From Candidatus Eiseniibacteriota bacterium (GTDB lineage Bacteria > Eisenbacteria > RBG-16-71-46 > CAZEPH01): 62,896 nt of DNA. Position 1 is the first letter of the stretch; each line of letters starts with the position of its first letter. Positions 53,254 through 62,896 of the stretch are shown piece after piece. The DNA is taken from positions 1 to 62,896 of the forward strand of contig JBGATO010000017.1 of assembly GCA_044229145.1 (NCBI GenBank), read 5' to 3'. The translations under genes and the position numbers were made by a program. The notes below the pieces were generated by a model, which had not been told where the DNA came from, did no database searches, and saw only the letters and a program-made list of their open reading frames with translations.

Positions 53254-56200
53254 TTAACAGGCCTGCGGCGATAGGCCAAACGTGCGGATCTTCGAAAGCA
53301 GGCACGGGTAGCTGATCTGCAGTTGGCGTGCCGCTTCGGAACGATTCCACCCACACGCACGAAGCGTTTCGGCGATCACACGACGCTCCACGCTCTCGAC
53401 GTGATCCCGGAGGGCACCGGAACGCACCGCCTCCCCGGCCACATCGCCCAAAATCTGAGGAGGCAGCAGATCGAGGTCGATGACCGCTCCCGGCTCGGCC
53501 AGCACCACCATACGCCGCACCGCCTTCTCGAGCTCACGTACGTTTCCGGGCCAGTCATAGCTGACGAGGCGGGAGAGCACGGCATCGCTGAATCCACGGA
53601 TCTCCTTATCGATGGAGCCGCGGAAGCGGTCGAGGAAGTGGTGCGCCAGCAGCGGCACGTCGTCCCGGCGCTCCCGCAGGGCGGGCAGCGCGATGACGAT
53701 GTCGTTCAACCGATAGTACAGGTCCTCGAGGAAGCGCCGCTCCCTGATCGCCGCGCCGATTTGCGCATTGGTCGCGGTAATGACGCGCGTGTCCACTGGC
53801 CGCCAGCGGTTCGACCCGACGGGCCGCACCTGCGCCATCTCGAGCACATGCAGCAGCTTGCCCTGCGTGCCAAGGCTCGTCTTGTCGATCTCGTCGAGGA
53901 ACAGCGTGCCGTCGCTCGCCTCCTCGAAGAGACCCTTCTTGTCGCGAATGGCCCCCGTGAAGGCACCGCGCTCGTGGCCGAACAACTCGGACTCGAGCAG
54001 CGACTCGGGCAACGCGGCGCAGTTGAGTTGGATGAACTCGCGGGCACTGCGGCGGCTGCTGTCGTGGATGCAGCGGGCGATCAGGCCCTTGCCAGAGCCG
54101 GTTTCGCCCTGGATCAGCACACGCTCCGGGCTGGCACCAACCTTTTCGACCTGGCGCAGGACGTCGAGCATCTTGGCGTTCTGCGTGATGACAGCCTCGA
54201 ACGAACGCGTGTCGTTCAGGCGCGCGCGCAGGTGCGCGTAGTCGCGCTCGAGCGAGGCGCGCTCCGCTTCCAGCACGGCGACGGTGGCAAGGCTGGCGAG
54301 CACGCTGGTCGCGGTCACATCGCCCTGCAGGAACGGGCCGTGGCCCGATCCTTCGATGCGGTCGACGTACAGCCAGCCTGCGGCGGGCGCCGACAGGCCC
54401 AGCGGACACTGGATGAACGAGCGCACCCCACGGAACGCCGACTTGTCGACCAGTCGCGGATCCGCGGCGACGCTGGTACTCACGACAGTGCGATCGCCTT
54501 CGAGGAGGCCGGCGGCTTCGAACGCGGCGAAGCTGTGCTCGGCCTGATCGCGGCGGAGGCCGATGTGCGCGAAGATGCGAGCCCCGCCCTCTCCGCGGCG
54601 CGCGACGAAGACACGGTCGGCACCGATGGTCTCGGCGAGCAGCCGCAGCACTTGGTTGAGCGCCTCGGCAGGATTGCTGGCGCCGCGCATGAGCGCGTGC
54701 ACGTGCTCGAGGAGGCGGCCCGACGCCGGGAGCGCACTGGAAGCACCTTCGGCGCGCGATTCGGCGGCGGTTCGCACCTCCGACACCCGCCGCGTCAAGG
54801 AGACACGCACCTCGTCGGGGACGGCAGCCAGTGTGGGCGCCAGCGAATCGAGGTGGTGGAAGGCGGCATCGAGGCGCGACCGCTGCAGTTCGACTTCGGC
54901 GAGCCCGACGCTTGCCAGCGTGCTCATCGCCGCGTCCTCGGTCTCGGCTGCCAGCGCTTCGGCACGACGCAGCCATCCGCGCGCCTGCTCGACGCGCCCC
55001 GAATCGGGCGAGCCGGCCAGCGCCGCGTGCGCGAACTCGACGTAACTGCGGGTGAGCTCCCACCGCTCGCCGATCGACTCGAACGTGCTGAGCGCGACTT
55101 CGAAATGCGAGAGCGCCTCGGGCCAGTGACCCGTGCGCGCGGCGAGCGCGCCGAGCACGCGCTCGGCCGCCGCCTCTTCGAGCCGATCAGCGTGCACGCG
55201 CGACAGCGAGAGCGCAGCGAGCGCCGCGTTTCGCGCGGTGTCGAGATCTCCGGTGGCGAGGGCGACGTCGGCAAGCCGGCGCTCGAGTTCGAGTACGATG
55301 TCGCCATCGCCCGCCAGCGCACGTGCTCTCTCGCGCGCGTCGAGATAGAGCGCCCGTGCCGCACCGTAGTCGCCACGTGCGCATTCGATGTCGGCGCGGA
55401 ATTCGAGGGCGAGGACTGCCTCGCGGGCAAGTTGCGCGGACGCCGCCAACAGGTCGGCGCGGTCGAGCGCCGCGAGACCGCGGGCGAACTCGTAGCGCCG
55501 CCGCGCCAGCATCGCCTCGGCGAGCAGACCTCTCACTTGCTGCGGGGTGTTGCCGGTTTGCTCGGCCAAGCGGCGACCACGCGAGAGCGTCGCTTCCGCC
55601 TGCGCCCACTGCGCGAGGAAGATGTGCGGGATGACGAGGTTCAGGCAATTACCCGCAAGCTGGGCGACGTTGCCCGCCTCTTCGTTCAGCCGCGCGGCCT
55701 TTTGGTAGTAGCCGATCGCTTCGCGGAAGGCGCCTTCGGTGCGGAGAATGTTGGCGACGTTGTTGAGCATACGCGCCACACCCGGCTCGTCGCCGACGCG
55801 GCGGAAGTTGGCGAGCGCGCTCTCGTAGCACTCGCGGGCGCGTTCGAGACGGCCTTCACGCTGCTCGATCGCGCCGAGACTGCTTTCGACGCGCGCGAGT
55901 TCGGCGTGTTCGTTCGTCGCGCGCAAGATCGCGAGGGCGGTGGTGGCGAGACGCCGGGCGCGAAGGTAGCGACCGCGCAGCGTGTCGAGGGTGGCGGATC
56001 GGCCGAACACGACGGCACGTTCGACACGGCAGGACGCACCGCCGCCGAAGAGCAGCCGGCGTGCGTGGGACAATGCCTCCGCGGCCCCCCCAAGATCGCC
56101 CCGCCGCTCGTGGCACGCGGCGATCTTGCGGAGGACGCGCGAGACATCCAGGGGCTGCGCCTCGTTCGGCTCCAGGCGCAGTTCGGTGAGCGCTTGCGCA

Positions 56201-56340
56201 AAGTACTCCATCGCCAAGACGAGGTTCTCGGACGCCGCGTGGACGTCTCCGAGCGCCTCGAGGCGCTGGGCTTCGGCAAGGTGTCCCATCGCGCCCTCGG
56301 AGGGCTGACGAGACTCATGTGCGAATTTCCGGCCAATCAT
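53254..56340 (-). CDS. Sigma54 enhancer-binding protein: TPR array + GAF + AAA+ + Fis-HTH
   Basis: Long N-terminal helical TPR-like repeats, GAF-like segment, GETGSGKG, ELFGHERGAFTGA, FLDEID, WPGNVRELE, C-terminal HTH. Start 56340 or 56289. Confidence 0.9.
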   Translation of the reverse strand: MIGRKFAHESRQPSEGAMGHLAEAQRLEALGDVHAASENLVLAMEYFAQALTELRLEPNEAQPLDVSRVLRKIAACHERRGDLGGAAEALSHARRLLFGGGASCRVERAVVFGRSATLDTLRGRYLRARRLATTALAILRATNEHAELARVESSLGAIEQREGRLERARECYESALANFRRVGDEPGVARMLNNVANILRTEGAFREAIGYYQKAARLNEEAGNVAQLAGNCLNLVIPHIFLAQWAQAEATLSRGRRLAEQTGNTPQQVRGLLAEAMLARRRYEFARGLAALDRADLLAASAQLAREAVLALEFRADIECARGDYGAARALYLDARERARALAGDGDIVLELERRLADVALATGDLDTARNAALAALSLSRVHADRLEEAAAERVLGALAARTGHWPEALSHFEVALSTFESIGERWELTRSYVEFAHAALAGSPDSGRVEQARGWLRRAEALAAETEDAAMSTLASVGLAEVELQRSRLDAAFHHLDSLAPTLAAVPDEVRVSLTRRVSEVRTAAESRAEGASSALPASGRLLEHVHALMRGASNPAEALNQVLRLLAETIGADRVFVARRGEGGARIFAHIGLRRDQAEHSFAAFEAAGLLEGDRTVVSTSVAADPRLVDKSAFRGVRSFIQCPLGLSAPAAGWLYVDRIEGSGHGPFLQGDVTATSVLASLATVAVLEAERASLERDYAHLRARLNDTRSFEAVITQNAKMLDVLRQVEKVGASPERVLIQGETGSGKGLIARCIHDSSRRSAREFIQLNCAALPESLLESELFGHERGAFTGAIRDKKGLFEEASDGTLFLDEIDKTSLGTQGKLLHVLEMAQVRPVGSNRWRPVDTRVITATNAQIGAAIRERRFLEDLYYRLNDIVIALPALRERRDDVPLLAHHFLDRFRGSIDKEIRGFSDAVLSRLVSYDWPGNVRELEKAVRRMVVLAEPGAVIDLDLLPPQILGDVAGEAVRSGALRDHVESVERRVIAETLRACGWNRSEAARQLQISYPCLLSKIRTFGLSPQAC

Positions 56341-56408
56341 TCGCGTGTGCTTCCGCTCACTCGACAGAGGGGGATCCCGCGTGGTGGACGCCACGCGGGG
56401 GTGTCTGC

Positions 56409-56720
56409 TTAGTGCTGAATCGTGTACCGGAGCTGCAGCTGCCAGACGCGGATCATCAAGTCCAGGAGCCTCGGCGAAGTGACCGAAGTCGAGGACACGA
56501 TGGGCCCGCCCTTCTTCTGCCCGGCCGCCGGCGCGTTGTACTTCTTCGCCAGGGGATCCGTGGGCGGAGGCGGAAGCCGCGTTTGGATCTCGTCCGGGAC
56601 GCCCTGGAAACCACCACCGGTGGGATCCGGGTCCGCGAACGACACCGCTGCGCAACCGAGAGAAAGCAGCGCGGCAAGACAAGTCACCCGAACCAGTGAG
56701 CGCGTGTACGAGCGCTTCAT
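56409..56720 (-). CDS. Small secreted peptide/protein (103 aa)
   Basis: AGGAG RBS, signal peptide ending SFA/D, first gene after a sigma70 promoter. Confidence 0.7.
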   Translation of the reverse strand: MKRSYTRSLVRVTCLAALLSLGCAAVSFADPDPTGGGFQGVPDEIQTRLPPPPTDPLAKKYNAPAAGQKKGGPIVSSTSVTSPRLLDLMIRVWQLQLRYTIQH

Positions 56721-56870
56721 CTAAGTCACTCCTACTCTTCAACCACTTCGCCCACCCTGCACCGGGAGCACGGCGCGGAGCGCACGAGCGGTTTGGTTGC
56801 TTGGACGGCGGGACCGGCCACAGTCCTTCCGTCATCCCTGATCTGTTGGGGGACTCTACCAGCACACAGG

Positions 56871-56899
56871 ATCATATGCCCCTTTGGAGGGACCGTCAA
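56871..56899 (-). promoter_or_regulatory. Sigma70-type promoter of the peptide + activator operon
   Basis: TTGACG-17 bp-TATGAT. Confidence 0.75.
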
Positions 56900-56905
56900 T
56901 GCGGA

Positions 56906-57841
56906 TTAGGCGGGGGGGCGCGCCAGCAAATCGTAGAGGATGCCGTACCGCAGGCCGCGCGTGGAGGCTGTCAGGTCGCGCACCCCGAGACGGTCGAGGA
57001 CCGCCAGCAGAATGGTCGAGCCGGCCAAGATGATGTCTGCCCGACCGGTGTTCACGCCGGGAATCGCCTCACGGTCTCCCACTGGAATCGTCCACAGCGC
57101 CGCGGCGATTTCGTGCATGCGCGCGACCGGAATGACCTCGCCCTCGATCGCAGCCGGATCGTAACGCACGAGGCCCTTGTGGATGGCGGCGAGCGCGGTC
57201 ACCGTGCCGCCGACACCGTAGGCGGTGAGGCCGGGCGCGGGTTCGAACCCCGCGAGATGGGTGGCGAGCGCCGCCGCGATGTGGTCGCGTAGCGCCTGGT
57301 GTTGCGCGTCGGTCGGCGGATCGCTGGTGAGGAACTGCTCGGTCATGCTCACGGCGCCGAGTTGGAACGAACGCACATACCACTCTTCGCCGACGCGCGA
57401 GATGACCTCGGTGCTCCCGCCGCCGATGTCGATGACGGCGCACGGCCCGGGCCTCCCGCCCGCCACGGCGGAGAACACCATCCGGGCCTCTTCCTCACCG
57501 CTGAGGATACGCACCTCGTACCCGACGGCATCCCCGATCGCCTGGGCGACTGCTCCCCCGTTGCGCGCTTCGCGGAAGGCGCTAGTGCCGGTGATGACGA
57601 TGTCTTGGGCACCGCCGTATTCGGCCTCTTCGACGAAGTTGCGCACGGCTTCGATGGTACGGTCGCGCGCCTCATCACTGATCGCGCCGGAACTGACCAT
57701 TCCCTGTCCGAGCCGTGTGATGGTGCCCTGCCGCAACCGGGTGCGCAGCGTGCCGCCGGGCCCGACCTCGGCGAGCAAGACGCGCACCGAGTTGGTCCCG
57801 ATGTCCACGGAGGCGACGCGACGAGGGCGGCTAGTCGACAA
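56906..57841 (-). CDS. Ppx/GppA family phosphatase
   Basis: VDIGTNSVRVL, ITRLGQG, TSAFREARNG, LSGEEEA, DIGGGSTE, GLRYG; TTG start with GGAG RBS. Confidence 0.92.
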   Translation of the reverse strand: MSTSRPRRVASVDIGTNSVRVLLAEVGPGGTLRTRLRQGTITRLGQGMVSSGAISDEARDRTIEAVRNFVEEAEYGGAQDIVITGTSAFREARNGGAVAQAIGDAVGYEVRILSGEEEARMVFSAVAGGRPGPCAVIDIGGGSTEVISRVGEEWYVRSFQLGAVSMTEQFLTSDPPTDAQHQALRDHIAAALATHLAGFEPAPGLTAYGVGGTVTALAAIHKGLVRYDPAAIEGEVIPVARMHEIAAALWTIPVGDREAIPGVNTGRADIILAGSTILLAVLDRLGVRDLTASTRGLRYGILYDLLARPPA

Positions 57842-58205
57842 AGAGCACTCCCGCACTGGGCACGGCCGCCGGCGATTCGGCAACCACGGCGCGTGGCGCG
57901 AGCGGCGTGGTGAAGGACAGTGGCAGCGTGGCGCTCCACAGGCGGACCGTCTGCACGGCGAGCGGATCGAGGCGGTAGTACACGCGTTGCCCGCGCCGCT
58001 CGTCACGCAGCCAGCCGGCCTCTCGCAGAATGCGCAGATGCCGCGAGACGAGCGGCTGCGGAATGCCGAGCGCGGAGACCAACGTGCCGACGGACGCTTC
58101 GCCGAGGCTGAGGCGGTCGAGCAACGCGAGACGCGCGGCATCACCGGCCGCGCGGAGGAGGCGGAGGCGCGGATCCAGCAGTTCGGGTTCGTGTGCCACA
58201 TCCAT
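57831..58205 (-). CDS. ArsR/SmtB family transcriptional regulator
   Basis: AGDAARLALL, QPLVSRHLRILREAGWL, RRGQRVYYRL. Confidence 0.88.
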   Translation of the reverse strand: MDVAHEPELLDPRLRLLRAAGDAARLALLDRLSLGEASVGTLVSALGIPQPLVSRHLRILREAGWLRDERRGQRVYYRLDPLAVQTVRLWSATLPLSFTTPLAPRAVVAESPAAVPSAGVLFVD

Positions 58206-58300
58206 GGGACACCCCCTACGGAACGCGCGGGACGGCGCACGGCTGCCCTTCGTGGGCGATCGCGATCGGACCGCGAAACCGTAAGTGCCACAGAGCTTTA

Positions 58301-58349
58301 TTGACACCGGCCCGGGGCGGACCGTAGCATAGCCGCCAATCGCTGTAAA
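58301..58349. promoter_or_regulatory. Overlapping divergent sigma70-type promoters (rlmN and arsR-ppx)
   Basis: + strand TTGACA-18-TAGCAT (58301-58330); - strand TTTACA-17-TACGGT with extended TG (58349-58321). Confidence 0.55.
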
Positions 58350-58444
58350 CGTGGATCGCGTCGACGTTTGGCGAGATTTCGCAACCTCCTTCGCCGCGAT
58401 CCCCGCCGCGCGGCACCGCCGCATCCGCCTCGAGGTTTCGCCCG

Positions 58445-59536
<1,092 letters not shown>

Positions 59537-59545
59537 GTCGCCCGC

Positions 59546-61171
59546 ATGTCCGCGCGGCGTTCGCCGTTCCGGCTCCCGGCGCGCCTGAGTTTTCGCACCA
59601 CGCTCACACTGCTCTTCCTGCTGCTGTCCGTGCCGTCGGTCACCGTGGTGGGCGTGATGGCGACGCGGCAATTGTCGCGGACCCTCGATCTGCTCAACGC
59701 CCCCGGCGTGCAACGCGCGCTGGATTCGGCCCTCGACGTCAGCAAGGCGTTGCTCGCTCGCTGGGGCGATGAAGCCGCGCGCGTCGCCGAGTCGTTGAGC
59801 GCCGAACCCGCGCTGCTGGCCGAGCCAGACCGCGCGCAGGACGCGCTGACCGCCTGGGGCCGCGCCACGCCGGTGGACTTCGCAGCCGTGTATCGCCCCG
59901 GCCGCGACGGCCGGCTGCGCGTCGTGGCGCAGGTGGTGACCGCGCAAGGCGCCGGGAATGGCGTCAAGTCGCCACCGCCGATCGGCGAAGAGGAGATCTT
60001 CCAAGCGCTTCACGCCGACGGGATCGCGACGCACGGCGGCGGCACCGTGGCGGCGGTGCGGCGGCTCGGCAGCCCGGCTCACACACCGCCCGACGGCGTT
60101 CTGGTCGTCGGCGTGTCGCTCGCCGACGGCACGTTCGCGCGCGTGCAGGACGTCGCGCAGGGCACGTCGTACTATCGGTGGCTCGGCCTTTACCGCGAGG
60201 CGTCGCGACGCGCGATTCTGCTCACCACCGGCGTGGTCGGTCTGGCGTTGCTGGTGCTCGTGCTGGTGGCATCGTTCTGGCTGGCGCGCGTGGTGGCGCG
60301 TCCGGTGGCGGAGATGGCGGAAGCCATGCAACGCATCGCCGCCGGCGAGCCGCACGTGCGCGTGGCGCCGGCCGGTGCGCACGAACTCGCGCGGCTTGCG
60401 GAATCGCTCAACGCGATGGCCGCCGAACTCGATGCGCAGCGCGAGGCGATCTCGCGCGCCGATCGCCTCGCGGCCGCGCGTGCGGCCGCCGAGGTCGCGG
60501 CACACGAGATCGGCAATGCAGTGCTGCCGCTCCCCTTCGCGGCGCGGCGATTGACCAAGATGCTCGAAGCGCGGGGCGAGGCCGACCCGGCGGTCGCGCG
60601 GAGCGTCGAATCGATCACGCACGCCGTCGACAGCCTGCAGGAATTGACGAAGCGGTTCGCGGCCTTCGCCTCGACGGAAACGACGGTGATGGCGGCATGC
60701 GCGGTGAACGAGGTGGCATCGCTGGTGACCGAGATGTACGCGACCACCGGCGACGTGCGGATGCACCTAGACGCCGATGCCGGCATGGTGCACGCGGATC
60801 GCGGCCTCCTCACGCGCGCGGTGACGAACTTGGTGAAGAATGCGCTCGAAGCGGCGGGGCCGGGCGGTCGTGTCGACATCACGACCGCGCGGCGCCAGGA
60901 CGAGACGCGCGGCGCGGTGGTGGACATCGAGGTCACCGACTCGGGGCCGGGCATTCCGCCCGAGCGCTTGGCCAGCATCTTCCAACCGTACACCTCGTAC
61001 AAATCGCCGCGCGGCACCGGGCTCGGCCTGGCGATCACCGCCGACATCGCGGCGCGGCACGGCGGCCGCTTGATCGCCGAGAATCGCGCGGCCGGCGGCG
61101 CGCGGTTCGTGCTCACGCTGCCGGTGGACGGCCCGCCGGCGGCCGCGGACAAGGGAGGGAACGCATCGTGA
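59546..61171 (+). CDS. Membrane sensor histidine kinase (NtrY-like, HAMP)
   Basis: Two TMs, HAMP, AHEIGN, NLVKNALEA, DSGPGI, GTGLGL. Confidence 0.88.
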   Translation: MSARRSPFRLPARLSFRTTLTLLFLLLSVPSVTVVGVMATRQLSRTLDLLNAPGVQRALDSALDVSKALLARWGDEAARVAESLSAEPALLAEPDRAQDALTAWGRATPVDFAAVYRPGRDGRLRVVAQVVTAQGAGNGVKSPPPIGEEEIFQALHADGIATHGGGTVAAVRRLGSPAHTPPDGVLVVGVSLADGTFARVQDVAQGTSYYRWLGLYREASRRAILLTTGVVGLALLVLVLVASFWLARVVARPVAEMAEAMQRIAAGEPHVRVAPAGAHELARLAESLNAMAAELDAQREAISRADRLAAARAAAEVAAHEIGNAVLPLPFAARRLTKMLEARGEADPAVARSVESITHAVDSLQELTKRFAAFASTETTVMAACAVNEVASLVTEMYATTGDVRMHLDADAGMVHADRGLLTRAVTNLVKNALEAAGPGGRVDITTARRQDETRGAVVDIEVTDSGPGIPPERLASIFQPYTSYKSPRGTGLGLAITADIAARHGGRLIAENRAAGGARFVLTLPVDGPPAAADKGGNAS

Positions 61172-62619
61172 CCGGACGACCCGGACGCGGACGCGTGTTG
61201 TACGTCGAAGACAGCGCACGGGCGCGCGACGAAATCGCCGCGTACCTACGCGATGAAGGGTTCGACGTGCACGAAGCGGACAGCGCGGAGGCGGCACTCG
61301 ACCTGGCGACGGAGGTGGCGGCCGATGTCGCGCTCGTCGACCTCGGATTGCCGCGCATGGACGGCATCGGCCTGATCCGGCGGCTGCGCGTCGGCACCGG
61401 CCGTATCTCGCCGGAGGTACCGGTGATCGTCCTCACCGGTGTCGGCACTATCGAGCGTGCCTTCGAGGCAGGGCAATTGCGCGTCGCCGCGTTCCTGCAG
61501 AAACCGATCGGCGATCCCGACGAATTGGTCGCGCTGCTCGACGACGCGATCGAACAAGGGCGCCGCGAGGAAGCGGCACGCGGCGTGCCGGCGCGCGAGG
61601 GCGACCGCGGCGCGGCTCCACGACGCGCCCCGACGGCGACACCGTCGGTCGACGGCGTGCGCATGGTCGGCGACAGCGCTGCCTTGACGCAGATTCGCGC
61701 CGCCGTGGAACGCGTCGCGCCCACCAACGCGCGCGTGCTGATCACCGGTGAGAGTGGCACCGGCAAGGAATTGGTGGCGCGCGCGGTGCACGACGGCTCA
61801 CCGCGGCGCGGCGGTCCGTTCGTCGAAGTGAATTGCGCGGCGATCCCGCGCGAGTTGGTGGAGAGCGAGTTGTTCGGCCACGAGAAGGGCGCCTTCACGG
61901 GCGCATCCGGCGCGAAGGCCGGCCGCCTCGAACTCGCGCACGAGGGCACGCTGTTCCTCGACGAGGTCGGAGACATGTCGCTGGCCGCGCAGGCGACATT
62001 GTTGCGCACCATCGAGACTGGACGCCTGCAGCGCGTCGGCGGGACGCGGCAGATCGAGGTCGACGTGCGCATCGTCGCCGCCACCAACAAGCAGCTCGAG
62101 GAGGAAGTGCGCGAGGGGCGCTTCCGCGAAGACCTCTACTATCGCCTCAACGTCGTGCGCATCCATCTGCCGCCGCTGCGCGAGCGACGCGAAGACGTGC
62201 CGGCGCTCGCCGCCTACTTCCTCGCGCGCTCGGCCGCCGACTACGGCCGGCCGGCGCTCACGCTCGCGGACGATGCGGTGCAGGCACTCCGCCGGCACGA
62301 GTGGCCGGGCAACATTCGCGAACTGAAGAACGTGGTCGATCGTCTCGCGATCTTCGCCGAGTCCGACACCATCGGGGAGCGCGACGTCGCGTCGGCAGTG
62401 CAGGCGACGCATCGGGACGCCCCGGAACCGCTCGTCGAGGATGATGGCGGCGAACTGCGCGGCGAAGTGCGGCGGCGCGAAATGGCGGTGATCGTGGAGG
62501 CGCTCGGGCGCTGCAATTGGAATGTCAGCGAGGCGGCACGGCAACTCGGCATCGCACGCGCCAGTTTGCACCGCAAGATCAAGGAGTATGGATTGGAGCG
62601 CGAGCCCCATGCGCCGTAG
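61168..62619 (+). CDS. Sigma54-dependent response regulator (NtrX/NtrC-like)
   Basis: GTG start overlapping the kinase stop; REC domain (VED, DLGLPRMDG), GESGTGKE, GAFTGA, HTH. Confidence 0.92.
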   Translation: MTGRPGRGRVLYVEDSARARDEIAAYLRDEGFDVHEADSAEAALDLATEVAADVALVDLGLPRMDGIGLIRRLRVGTGRISPEVPVIVLTGVGTIERAFEAGQLRVAAFLQKPIGDPDELVALLDDAIEQGRREEAARGVPAREGDRGAAPRRAPTATPSVDGVRMVGDSAALTQIRAAVERVAPTNARVLITGESGTGKELVARAVHDGSPRRGGPFVEVNCAAIPRELVESELFGHEKGAFTGASGAKAGRLELAHEGTLFLDEVGDMSLAAQATLLRTIETGRLQRVGGTRQIEVDVRIVAATNKQLEEEVREGRFREDLYYRLNVVRIHLPPLRERREDVPALAAYFLARSAADYGRPALTLADDAVQALRRHEWPGNIRELKNVVDRLAIFAESDTIGERDVASAVQATHRDAPEPLVEDDGGELRGEVRRREMAVIVEALGRCNWNVSEAARQLGIARASLHRKIKEYGLEREPHAP

Positions 62620-62896
62620 CGCGGCCGCGGCCTTGCTCGCGTGCTGCGTCGCGGTGCGCGTCACACTCGCGGCGCCGTCCGCGGACACGCTTCCGCGCAC
62701 CGGTACGGTGGAGGATTCGGCGGCCGTGCACATCTACTTGCCGCACGACCGCGCCGCCGGCGCCGATTCGACACGCGCACGGCGCGCGGTGATCGGGCTG
62801 CAGCCGTGGTATTCGCGGGTCGACGGCGCGCGCGTCTCGCTGATCGCCACCCATCCGTTTCCGCGCGCGCCGGTCACCGGATCGTTGGCACTCGCC
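62609..62896 (+). CDS. Secreted protein, possibly outer-membrane (partial)
   Basis: ATG overlapping the upstream gene end, signal-peptide-like start, WYSRVDG; open to the window end. Confidence 0.45.
   Translation, partial: MRRSAAAALLACCVAVRVTLAAPSADTLPRTGTVEDSAAVHIYLPHDRAAGADSTRARRAVIGLQPWYSRVDGARVSLIATHPFPRAPVTGSLALA

Noticed and set aside
56341..56865. N-terminal extension of the 1203-aa activator ORF
   Set aside because: It starts at the predicted transcription start, overlaps the RBS-bearing 103-aa peptide gene in another frame, and reads as low-complexity sequence.

Overview
A high-GC bacterial chromosomal window, mostly on the minus strand. Gene content (lpxH, lgt, a PorV-like barrel, FlgD-Ig/T9SS-like C-terminal domains, a TWGKIK C-terminal motif) suggests a diderm FCB-related lineage such as Ca. 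Eisenbacteria/Latescibacterota; this is inference. It holds housekeeping genes (murI, smpB, tRNA-Leu(CAG), ppdK, lgt, dusB, rsmI, ltaE, HU, rlmN), a block of secreted proteins and lipoproteins (21-32 kb) including a 1082-aa S-layer-like candidate, larBC, an ino1 + PIP-synthase-like pair, a frameshifted tmk and an NtrY/NtrX-like two-component system. I saw no mobile element or CRISPR array. The most interesting locus is 52.7-56.9 kb. A sigma70 promoter drives a small secreted peptide and a TPR-GAF-AAA+ sigma54 activator. Directly downstream are an IHF-like site, a near-consensus sigma54 promoter and a ~275-nt structured, terminator-bounded RNA, whose 5' end is complementary to the activator's own leader. 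This resembles a peptide-sensing circuit with LuxO/Qrr-like output. A second candidate ~128-nt ncRNA with its own promoter lies at 44596-44723. All calls come from reading the sequence; no database searches were run.
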